The notes under the pieces: model-generated
Told to the model about the DNA's origin: nothing
Database searches by the model: none
The model's input: the letters and a program-made list of their open reading frames with translations, nothing else
Shown: piece by piece, positions 55,702 to 64,000 of the stretch
How the letters are laid out: each line of letters opens with the position of its first letter
How positions within the stretch are numbered: position 1 is the stretch's first letter
Origin: Polyangiaceae bacterium
GTDB taxonomy: Bacteria > Myxococcota_A > Polyangia > Polyangiales > Polyangiaceae
Length of the DNA stretch: 64,000 nt
Assembly: GCA_965222375.1 (NCBI GenBank)
Contig: CBDCTZ010000015.1
Coordinates: 1,344,001-1,408,000 of the forward strand
Direction: 5' to 3'
Translations under genes and position numbers: made by a program

Positions 55702-56859
55702 CTATCCAGCGCGGAAAATCGGCAGCGGCCCCGGATCTTCGTCTAGGCGAGCTGCGACCCAGTCCGGGGGCGGCATCTCCGCCAAGGTGAAAGTGATCTG
55801 GCGCGTACGAAAGTGCTCGGACAGGTCGAGGTAGCCCTCGTCGGCCAAGGAGCACAACATGCCGAAGACGTGACTTGGCGTCGAGATGGGATGTGCACCT
55901 GCGCTGCCGATGAATGGGTTCAGATCACAGGCACGAAAGGGCTGTGCCCGACGCGAGGCATCTCCAAGGAAGTCCTCGATCAACACTCCATACAGCCCGG
56001 CGAAGTAGCTCTGCGCGAAGGAGACCCAAGCGAGCGGCCGAGTCACCGCGAACTTGCCATGAGGCGGCAACACTGCGCGAACCTCGTGAGTTTCGAAGAA
56101 CCGCTTCAGCACGCGTACGGTCTGAAGGAATCGCTCGTACGCCTGAGAGTACTCCTGGCCGGCTACGGTGAAGATGGGGATCACGAAGGCCTGGGTCTCG
56201 GGCTTGTCGGGCAATCCCGTACAAATGATGGTGTCGCCTGGAACAGCAACGCCCAAGGCCTCGTCGAAGTAGAGCACGCAGTCCTGGGAATGCCCCGGCG
56301 TGAAAACCGCCAGGATGCCCTGCGGCAACCTGCCCGCATCCACGAAGCTCAAAGCCCGCTTCGGAGTCTTCGCGAAGTAGCCTCGGAAGCGCTTGCGCAA
56401 GGCGCTGCCGATCATGTCTTCTTCTGAAAGGGAGTTGTATTCGATCAGGCCGAAGTGGGCCCGAGTCAGGAAAATCTCGTAGGTCTCGTTGAGAAACGCT
56501 GCTTCGGGATGGGTCAGAAAGCGATAGCCGGCGGAATGCAGAAAGATCGGCGCACGCTCGCCCGGCTGGCGACCGAGCCCCGCGATCATTCCCGCACTGC
56601 CAGCGTGGTCGCCGTGGCAGTGGGTGACGAGCAGCGCATCCAGCCGCTCGACCACATGCGCCGCGAGCGCTTGGCGGATCTCCTGCACGATGTCGTCTCG
56701 CGCCGCGCTGGCCTCGAACAAGAACGTGGTGCCGGCATGGCGGCGGAGCACCAAGTTGATCGTCTTCGGGCTGGGGTAGCCGGACTGAACCGGCAAGATG
56801 TCGATGCTGCTGGCCAGGCCCAGAGACTCGAGAGCGGTCGCGAAGGGCAGCATACTCAA
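55702..56859 (-). CDS. MBL-fold metallo-hydrolase
   Basis: THCHGDHAG, TPGHS, GDT, PPHG motifs. Confidence 0.9.
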   Translation of the reverse strand: MSMLPFATALESLGLASSIDILPVQSGYPSPKTINLVLRRHAGTTFLFEASAARDDIVQEIRQALAAHVVERLDALLVTHCHGDHAGSAGMIAGLGRQPGERAPIFLHSAGYRFLTHPEAAFLNETYEIFLTRAHFGLIEYNSLSEEDMIGSALRKRFRGYFAKTPKRALSFVDAGRLPQGILAVFTPGHSQDCVLYFDEALGVAVPGDTIICTGLPDKPETQAFVIPIFTVAGQEYSQAYERFLQTVRVLKRFFETHEVRAVLPPHGKFAVTRPLAWVSFAQSYFAGLYGVLIEDFLGDASRRAQPFRACDLNPFIGSAGAHPISTPSHVFGMLCSLADEGYLDLSEHFRTRQITFTLAEMPPPDWVAARLDEDPGPLPIFRAG

Positions 56860-58901
56860 CCCTCCGCTCCCAGAGCATGCTCCGTGCAGAACTGCTCGAC
56901 GCTTTCCAGAGCGTCCGTTCTGCGTGCAGGGGGCAGTGCACGCAGCAGGCGCTTGCCGTAACCCCGGCGATGCACCCGCTCATCCAACAGCGCAACGACG
57001 CCGCGATCTTCCTTGGTTCGGATCAATCGTCCGAAGCCCTGCTTCAGCGTGATGGCCGCCTGGGGCACGACCAGGTCCATGAATGGATTGCCACCTTCTT
57101 CTTCTAGAGCTCGGGACCTGGCGCCGAGGACGGGATCCGTCGGGACCGAGAACGGGACTTTCTCGAGAACCACCAAGCGCAGAGCGCGTCCGGGCACGTC
57201 CACGCCCTCCCAGAAAGAGAGTGTGGCGACGAGTACGGCACGCCCCGAAGCGCGAAACTCGTCTAGCAGCGCGTTCTTGGGGGCGTCCCCCTGCAGCAAC
57301 ACCGGGTGTTGATCCAAGCTGAGGCGCAGCAGGGCGTGAAGCCGACGCATGGCCCGAAGCGAGGTCGTGAGCACGAAAGCTCCGCCATCAGTGAGTCGAA
57401 CCATTTCGCCAATGCGCTGCGCTGCGCGGTCCATGAACGCGGGGTCCCGGGGTGAAGGCAGGTCCTTGGGTGTGTAGAGCAGGGCTTGGGTCCCGAGCTC
57501 GAAAGGCGTGGGAACGACGAGCTCCGTAACCGCCAGCTCCGGGGTCAGCCCGAGGCGGCGCCGCACGTATCGAAACGCACCGTCCGCTTCGGAGCTGTCC
57601 GTGGCCAGAGTTGCGCTCGTAAGCACCGCCGCGGGTACCGTTTCGAAGATCCGCTCCTGAAGCGTTCGCGACAAATCCACAGGGCGGGACGACAGGGTTT
57701 GGGAGCGCGCGCTGCGCTCCAGGAACGAAACGTAGCCACTCGCTCCATTGGCGATTTCCGAAAGTGCGTTGCGCATCTCGGAGGATCGGTTGGCCACCAC
57801 CTCCAGGGCATCGCTGACGCCACTCGAGTTTCCGCCTTTGCGCTCCAGCTCGGTGGCTGCGCGAACGCAGGCGTCGCCCCATTCCTCCAACGCCGTATCC
57901 AGCGCATGCCAGGCATCCGCCACTGCGCCCACCCACAGGTCTCGTTCCACAAGGACCCGGGTGTCCGGCGGGCCATCGAGCACCCGGGTCAGGGACGTCC
58001 ACATCGCCTCGGACTGGGCGGCCAGGGTTCGAGACAACACATCGGGCTTGACGGCAACGCCCAGCGCTTGAGCCAAGCCCAAGGCGCGGACGCCGTCTCG
58101 AAGCATTGCGTCGATACGACCGCTGCTCACGGAGCGACCGAAGAAGTCCGTCGCAACGCTCTCCAGCTGGTGTGCCTCGTCGAAGATCACGCAGTCGTAG
58201 TTGGGCAAGACCCGTCCCGGGTGCGGCCCCCGCAATGCGAGATCTGCGAAGAAAAGGTGGTGGTTCACGATGAGCAGCCGCGCCTGCTCGGCCTCGCGCT
58301 TCATCTGTGTAACGAAACAATCCGCGTAAAAGGAGCACTTACTGCCGACCCGGGTGTCGCTCGAAGAGGTGACCTCGCGCCAGATGGCGTCGTGCTCCGA
58401 GAGCTCGTGTAGCTCCGAGATGTCGCCGAGGGCGGTCTCTCTGCGCCAACGCTCGATGCTGCCAATGACATCCAGGGACCGTTTGCCGCTACCCCCGGGT
58501 GCGGTTCGCGCGGCGTCGAATCGACGCAGGCACAAATAGTTGGCGAGCCCTTTGACCACCCTCGAGTGAGCGTCGAGGCCGAGGGTCTCGCGGATCAACG
58601 GCAAGTCCCGAGTTGCGATCTGCTCTTGCAGCGCGCGGGTCGCCGTCGATATGAGCACCTTGCGCCCGGACAGGATGGCTGGGACCAAGTACGCCAAGGT
58701 CTTGCCAGTGCCCGTGCCAGCCTCGCATAGCAAGATGCCGTCGTCGTCCAAGGTTCGCTGCACGGCGTCCGCCATGGTCAGCTGACCCGGGCGCGATTCG
58801 TAACCCGCGAATGTCGCGCTGAGAGGTCCCCCCGCCGCTAGCAGCTCGCGCGCCGACCTTCCGGGGTTCGCTTTGACCTCGCTCGGGTGCCCGCTATTCA
58901 C
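56856..58901 (-). CDS. ATP-dependent DNA helicase, DinG/YoaA family
   Basis: RPGQ, EAGTGTGKT, NYLC, FDEAH, TSATL, FWEGVDVPG, QGFGRLIR. Confidence 0.92.
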   Translation of the reverse strand: MNSGHPSEVKANPGRSARELLAAGGPLSATFAGYESRPGQLTMADAVQRTLDDDGILLCEAGTGTGKTLAYLVPAILSGRKVLISTATRALQEQIATRDLPLIRETLGLDAHSRVVKGLANYLCLRRFDAARTAPGGSGKRSLDVIGSIERWRRETALGDISELHELSEHDAIWREVTSSSDTRVGSKCSFYADCFVTQMKREAEQARLLIVNHHLFFADLALRGPHPGRVLPNYDCVIFDEAHQLESVATDFFGRSVSSGRIDAMLRDGVRALGLAQALGVAVKPDVLSRTLAAQSEAMWTSLTRVLDGPPDTRVLVERDLWVGAVADAWHALDTALEEWGDACVRAATELERKGGNSSGVSDALEVVANRSSEMRNALSEIANGASGYVSFLERSARSQTLSSRPVDLSRTLQERIFETVPAAVLTSATLATDSSEADGAFRYVRRRLGLTPELAVTELVVPTPFELGTQALLYTPKDLPSPRDPAFMDRAAQRIGEMVRLTDGGAFVLTTSLRAMRRLHALLRLSLDQHPVLLQGDAPKNALLDEFRASGRAVLVATLSFWEGVDVPGRALRLVVLEKVPFSVPTDPVLGARSRALEEEGGNPFMDLVVPQAAITLKQGFGRLIRTKEDRGVVALLDERVHRRGYGKRLLRALPPARRTDALESVEQFCTEHALGAEG

Positions 58902-59266
58902 TTCTGAGGAGACGGGTCTCGCGGCGGTGGCGTACCGGTCAAAGGCGTGCCGTCCTCCGCCATGAACTGAATGCCAGCAATCTGACCGTCCGCTTCTTGC
59001 TGGACCCAGACCACCCGCCCCTGATGCCGCGGGTCGTCCTCTTCACCGATATAGACAGAAAACTCTGCTCCGACCGCGACCGGGTCTTCGATCACGATGC
59101 GCACGCCACCGCGGCTGAGATTTAGCGTCCAGCCAATCAGCTCATCTCCAGCAGTCGATTTCAGTACGACGCGTTCAGAAGCTTCACGCCGTGCACCGCC
59201 CGATAGGCGCCGGGTGCCATGAAGCCCCCCCGGGGGCGGCTTGGATTGTCGATCTGATCCAGTCAA
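58898..59266 (-). CDS. PilZ domain protein
   Basis: RR..R motif, NLSRGGVRI, GRVVW..AGIQF. Confidence 0.8.
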   Translation of the reverse strand: MTGSDRQSKPPPGGLHGTRRLSGGARREASERVVLKSTAGDELIGWTLNLSRGGVRIVIEDPVAVGAEFSVYIGEEDDPRHQGRVVWVQQEADGQIAGIQFMAEDGTPLTGTPPPRDPSPQK

Positions 59267-59470
59267 CTTCGACGAGAAGATAGCAAAGGTGAGCGCTCAG
59301 TTTTTCGCAAACTTGGACATATTCCTCTGTTCACACCATGGCATTGCTTGACGCGCCTTCCCGGCTCTGCGAATTTTGCGTAGTCGCTCGGTCTGGGGCG
59401 GGGGTCCGCGCGTCGTAAAGAAATCTCCGCCCATCCGTTTATGAACGGTGGCATTCTCTGCCCGAAGCCC

Positions 59471-59902
59471 ATGCCCGACGCGTCCGTCACCGATTTGAAG
59501 AAAAGGCTGCTTGAGGCGGGTTTCGAGGTCTATCGCACCCTGGGCAACCAGGTCGTTTTGGCGGATCGGGTACGGGACAACCTCATCATGGACAGCGGCG
59601 TCCGGGTTGAAGTGGCATCGGATGCTTTCCATGTGAGCGTGGTGTTTCGGGCCCAAGCGGCGGATTTTCCTGGGGAATCGGAAGAAGAACTGTGGGCTAG
59701 GGCCCGCAGTGCGGTGACTCCCGCCGCGGATCTAGGCTTCGAGGAGTCCTCAACGGCCGCCCATCCGATCTTGGATCCCGGGGATCGCGAGCGGGTCCTA
59801 GACACCTGGTACGAGGTCGTCTTTTCCGGACCTGTCGCCGATGCGGACCTGATCAGCTTGGTCAAAACCGCCGTTTCCATGCCCAAAACCGCGAATCGCT
59901 GA
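59471..59902 (+). CDS. Hypothetical protein
   Basis: 143-aa ORF with ADRVRDNLIMDSGV and PILDPGD..LDTWYE segments. Confidence 0.7.
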   Translation: MPDASVTDLKKRLLEAGFEVYRTLGNQVVLADRVRDNLIMDSGVRVEVASDAFHVSVVFRAQAADFPGESEEELWARARSAVTPAADLGFEESSTAAHPILDPGDRERVLDTWYEVVFSGPVADADLISLVKTAVSMPKTANR

Positions 59903-59974
59903 CGCGGCGCCGGCCCGGAAGCTGCAGCCGCGGCCGTGGACCGTTCGCAGGCTGCGTGGTATTGCCCGCCCCCC

Positions 59975-61690
59975 ATGTTGAGCCTGTTTCGCCGGGGTGG
60001 CGCCGGTCAAGTGATCGTCGGCGCGGTCGTCTTTGCCATCATCGTCGTCTTCGTCCTGGAGTTCCGGGCCGGGCGAGGGGACACGGCGGCGCTCGGCCGC
60101 GCCTGTGCCGTCGAGGTGCATGGAAATTGCGTCGACCGCAAGGAGTACATGGCGGCGTTCCGCCTCATCGTCCCGCGAGGCATGCAGGACAAGAACATCC
60201 GCAAGATGGGACTCCACCGCCACGTCATGGAGGGCCTCGTCGAGCGGGAGCTGCTGTTGAAAGAGGCCGAGCGGCTCGGATTGACGATCAGCGAACAGGA
60301 GATCGACGACGAACTCGCAGCGGGGCGCGCCTACGTGTCGCTCCCGGTCGCGCAGGCGAACTTCCTGTCCTATAACCTGCGCATCTCGCCGGATGGCATG
60401 CGCGCGCTGCCGGTGAAGAGCGTGAAGACCGGCGAGTTCGACTACAAAATCTACGAGCGCGTCGTTCGCAGCACGACCAACCGTTCTCCCAAGGAATTCA
60501 AGGCGATGCAGAAGCGCGAGCTCACGGCCCAGCGCATGCGCTCCTTGGTGCAGACCCGGGTGCGCGTGTCCGTGGAAGAGGCGCACGCTACATGGGAAAT
60601 CGAGCGCTCCAAGGCGGTCGCGCGCATCGCTCATCTGGAAAAGGCCTGGTTCCAACGCTATGCGGTGGACAGCTCAGACGCCGCCGTGGATGCCTGGGCG
60701 AAGGAAAACTCCGCCCAGATTGAGGAGGCCTGGAAGAACGAAAAGCAGCGCACCAAGGCTGATTGCCCTTGGGTATCCGAGATCTTCGTAGCTGCCGAGG
60801 TGGACGCTAGCGAAGAGGTCAAGGTCGAGCGGCGCCAGAAGATCGACGCCGCCGTAGAGCGACTGAAGAAGAAGGAGCCTTTCGAGCTCGTAGCTCGCCA
60901 GGTCAGCGAAGCCGCCAGCGCGCCTTGGGGCGGGGAGCACGGCTGCATGGGCGCTGCCTATGGCCTGGGCGCCAAGGAGCTCATGGAGGCTGCTGGAGGC
61001 TTGAAACCCGGCGAACTCTCGCCAGTGATCGAAACCCAGCGCGGCTTTCACGTGTTGAAGCTCGAGAAAAAGCTGGCCAAGGGCGATGTCGAAAAGCTCG
61101 GCAAGCGCTTGGTGGCGCGCCGCCTTTCCGTGCCCCTCGTTGCCGACGAGAAGCTGAACAAGGTGGCGGTGGCCATCGTGGACCGCGTCAAGAAGGGCGA
61201 AAAGCTGGACGATGTCGTAAAGGAACTAGCCAAGCAGCACGCGGAAGCAGGCGCGGCCAAGAACGCGGCCCTGAAGGCCGTGGACAAAGACAACTCTCTT
61301 CCCGGCCTGGCTGTGGATGGCAAACCACGGGTGGAAATCAGCCCTCCCTTCAATCGCTTGGTGGGCCCCATGGTTGACGCGGCGCCAACGGAGGCAGTTG
61401 GAGACAAGGTCTTCGGCCTCAAGAAAGCCGACGACGTTCTCAAAAAGCCCGTAACGACCAAGAATGGTCTCGTCGTCCTTCAGCTGAAGGAGAAGACGAT
61501 GGCCAAACGAGCCGACTTCGAAAAGGACAAGTACGACATCCTGTTCAAGCTCCAGAGCGAGAAAGCACGGGACGCCGTGGCTCGCTATCTGGCGGACTTG
61601 CGCAAAGCGGCCAAAGACAAGATCAAGACGGACGCAACGCTGTTGGAGAAAAACAAGCCTGACGCCGGTCCGCAAGACGACGAGGGCTGA
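59975..61690 (+). CDS. SurA N-terminal domain / parvulin PPIase (PpiD-like)
   Basis: N-terminal TM; ERELLLKEAERLGL..SEQE; FELVARQVSE..GG, SPVIETQRGFHVLK. Confidence 0.85.
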   Translation: MLSLFRRGGAGQVIVGAVVFAIIVVFVLEFRAGRGDTAALGRACAVEVHGNCVDRKEYMAAFRLIVPRGMQDKNIRKMGLHRHVMEGLVERELLLKEAERLGLTISEQEIDDELAAGRAYVSLPVAQANFLSYNLRISPDGMRALPVKSVKTGEFDYKIYERVVRSTTNRSPKEFKAMQKRELTAQRMRSLVQTRVRVSVEEAHATWEIERSKAVARIAHLEKAWFQRYAVDSSDAAVDAWAKENSAQIEEAWKNEKQRTKADCPWVSEIFVAAEVDASEEVKVERRQKIDAAVERLKKKEPFELVARQVSEAASAPWGGEHGCMGAAYGLGAKELMEAAGGLKPGELSPVIETQRGFHVLKLEKKLAKGDVEKLGKRLVARRLSVPLVADEKLNKVAVAIVDRVKKGEKLDDVVKELAKQHAEAGAAKNAALKAVDKDNSLPGLAVDGKPRVEISPPFNRLVGPMVDAAPTEAVGDKVFGLKKADDVLKKPVTTKNGLVVLQLKEKTMAKRADFEKDKYDILFKLQSEKARDAVARYLADLRKAAKDKIKTDATLLEKNKPDAGPQDDEG

Positions 61691-61703
61691 CGCCCTGCAC
61701 GAC

Positions 61704-62987
61704 ATGGCTGAACCCCAGCTCGTCTTCGAGCACACCAGGCTGGACAACGGCCTCCAGTTGCTGGTCGTCCCCCTGCCCCAAATCCACAGCGTGGTGATCG
61801 AGGCGCAACTACGCGCTGGGCCGCGCTACGAGGCCGCGGAAGACACCGGCCTCAGTCACTTCTTGGAGCACATGCTCTATCGGGGCACTGAGCGCCTCCC
61901 CTCCGCCCACGAGCAAGCTTTGGCCTTCGAGAGTCGTGGCGGGACCCTGAGCGCCGCGACCTACATGGACCACGGGAGCCTCGGTATCGCGGTGCCTCCC
62001 GAGTCCTTCGCGGACGTGCTGGAGCTCTTTGCCGAGGTGTATCGGGATCCACTCTTCGACGGCTTGGAAATCGAGCAAAGCATCGTTCGCGAAGAAATCC
62101 TCGAAGGGCTAGACGACGCGGGAAACGAGATCGACCCAGACAACTTGATTCGTCGGTTGGCGTACGGTTCATCGGCCTTGGGTAGGCCCATCACGGGAAG
62201 CATCGAGCGCGTGAGCTCCATGACCCGCGAGCAGGTCGGGCGCCACCATGCGGAACTTTACGTCGGTGCCAACACGGTCATCACGGTTGCAGGTCCAGTG
62301 AACCCGGGGAAGGTCATTGCGGAGGTGCGCCGACACTTTGAGTCGATGCCTGGCGGCGACACGCCGGGCTTCGAGCCCGCACAACCGGGGAGCGGGAAGC
62401 GCTTCAGATACGTTAGACACGCCTCCAGCCAGACCCAGCTCCGTATCGCGTTCCATGGCCCTGGAGAGCGCGACCCGCTGGAGCCGGCCACGGACTTGCT
62501 GCTTCGAGTGTTGGACGACGGCATGTCCACTCGGCTGTACCATCAGATCTGCGACGCTCGGGGCCTTTGCTACGACGTGTCCGCAGCCTACGAGGCATAC
62601 GCCGACTCCGGGCTCTTCGACGTTGCCGCGGAGACGGAGCACGAACGTGCACCCGAAGTGCTGCAGGAGGTCCTGCACCTGCTCTTCGACTTGGCGGAAC
62701 ACGGCCCCACCGAAGCCGAGTTAGACAAAGCCAAGACGCGCTACCGCTTCCAGCTCGCGGAACTCGTCGACCATCCCGCCGAGGCTGCCGAATTCGTCGG
62801 CTTTGGTTGCCTGACGGGCGTGGCACGAACGCCGAAGTCCCGCTGGGAGCAACTATCCGCACTGACTCGACACGACGTTCAAGCCGCTGCAAGCCGACTC
62901 TTCTCCACCTCGAGCGTGCGCGTCGTTGGCGTCGGCGGCGCCAAGAAGCGCGAACAAGCAGCGCTCGAAGCCCTCACCCTGCGCTGA
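61704..62987 (+). CDS. M16 family (pitrilysin) peptidase
   Basis: LDNGL, GLSHFLEHMLYRGT (HxxEH), E..IVREE, GMSTRLY..RGLCY. Confidence 0.92.
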   Translation: MAEPQLVFEHTRLDNGLQLLVVPLPQIHSVVIEAQLRAGPRYEAAEDTGLSHFLEHMLYRGTERLPSAHEQALAFESRGGTLSAATYMDHGSLGIAVPPESFADVLELFAEVYRDPLFDGLEIEQSIVREEILEGLDDAGNEIDPDNLIRRLAYGSSALGRPITGSIERVSSMTREQVGRHHAELYVGANTVITVAGPVNPGKVIAEVRRHFESMPGGDTPGFEPAQPGSGKRFRYVRHASSQTQLRIAFHGPGERDPLEPATDLLLRVLDDGMSTRLYHQICDARGLCYDVSAAYEAYADSGLFDVAAETEHERAPEVLQEVLHLLFDLAEHGPTEAELDKAKTRYRFQLAELVDHPAEAAEFVGFGCLTGVARTPKSRWEQLSALTRHDVQAAASRLFSTSSVRVVGVGGAKKREQAALEALTLR

Positions 62988-63005
62988 GCTGGAAGCGGGG
63001 AAGCC

Positions 63006-63813
63006 TCGGCCCGAACCGCACAAGGGCTCGCACTTGCCATCCTTGACGGCCTTGCTGGGCGTGACGCATGCACCCAGGCACTCCGTCCAACGGTGGCAGT
63101 CGTCTCCGGCCTTTCGCAGCGGACCACACTTGCCCTTCTTGTTTGTGGATTTCTCCAACAGGCAAGCCTTGGGCGCAATGTTGCGTTTTGGGAGAGCAGT
63201 CTTCGCCGGCCTTCGGCCTCAACGCGCACTTGCCTCCCGCTGCGCAGTAGAAATTCGGTCCGCAGGACTCGCCCGCTTGTTCTTTGCATGCAGTGCCAGC
63301 CTCGATCTTGGAGGAGCACACGGTTCGCAGTGGGTCGTCGCTGCTGGCGTCCGGGACGCACCATGATCCATCGGGGCATTCGAGATCGAGCGAGCATCGG
63401 GCGCCAACCGCGGTCTTGCCCTTGAACGCCGACCGGCATGCCCCAGTCTTCTGGAGGGCGACGATACCGATGTCATGCCACGTCTTCAGTTCGTTGAGGC
63501 AAGCGGGCACCCTCTCGACATCGATGTCCACGTTCTTCAGCGTCTCGCAACTGCCGCCACTTCCATCCGCGGACACTTTGACCAGCGTCCTGACGGCGGC
63601 GGTCTCGGGGCGCTCCTCGCACTTCTTGGTCAGCATCGTTATCTTTTGGGATAGCTGATTGCAGAATCGCTTCGGCGACATCGACTCCTCTACGGGTGCG
63701 CTGGTTGTAACCGCCGGCTTTGACGACTGGGCGGGAGGATTCGCGGGGGTCGCCTTCTCCTCGCAAGCCAGACAGGTGAGGGCGGTGAGCACGAGAATAC
63801 GTCGACTGGGCAT
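63006..63813 (-). pseudogene. Cys-rich lipoprotein with apparent frameshift near 63167
   Basis: TCLAC lipobox. The Cys-repeat pattern (KTAVGARC, KIEAGTAC, RPKAGEDC) continues in a different frame after QG (CLLEK..CGPLRKAGDDC..CEPLCGSG). Confidence 0.65.
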
Positions 63814-64000
63814 GCCGGAGCGTACCCCGATAAGTACGGCGCAGGTCGAGAGTAGTGGTCCACGGCGCACGAGAGCCGCGACCCCAAACAAAGGTGCAGA
63901 ACAACTCGGGGAGCTGGTCAGCGACGGAGTTTTCAGTCGTCGCGGGGGCCGAGGATGCGAGCGTCGACGCCTTGTTCTTGGACGGATGGCAATATGCGGT

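Noticed and set aside
1..64000. tRNA, rRNA, SRP or tmRNA genes
   Set aside because: No cloverleaf/T-loop or other recognisable signature was seen by eye; a tRNAscan/Infernal run would be decisive.

Overview
GC-rich bacterial chromosomal window. Its gene content points to a myxobacterium of the Polyangiaceae/Sorangiineae type: many Gly-linker and Cys-rich lipoproteins, FG-GAP and vWA lipoproteins, and an FHA-sigma54 activator/Ser-Thr kinase/TPR module. This placement is inference, not a database result. About 55 CDS are supported. Recognisable genes include an acyl-CoA dehydrogenase, nhaA, gshA, an ACE-like M2 peptidase, an AbiEii-type TA pair, a TauE exporter, a MoxR/DUF58/vWA operon, an expansin, a DinG/YoaA helicase, a PilZ protein, a SurA/PpiD-like chaperone and an M16 peptidase. 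I found no rRNA, tRNA, CRISPR array, integrase or transposase. The most notable structure is an ~11.3-kb block (18375-29752) bounded by a 49-bp imperfect direct repeat that duplicates the last 15 codons and stop of the tauE gene. The block encodes a sigma54 activator/kinase module. Its cargo promoters carry tandem GGCAA-N3-TTGCC boxes and sigma54 -24/-12 sites, suggesting a self-contained regulatory island with no integrase. Other notable items: a four-helix-bundle gene preceded by a hexamer-periodic fold-back repeat and an RBS-sequestering leader, a response regulator with a histone-H1-like repeat tail, a homocysteine methyltransferase homologue lacking its Zn ligands, a dispersed family of intergenic repeats, and two apparent frameshifts.
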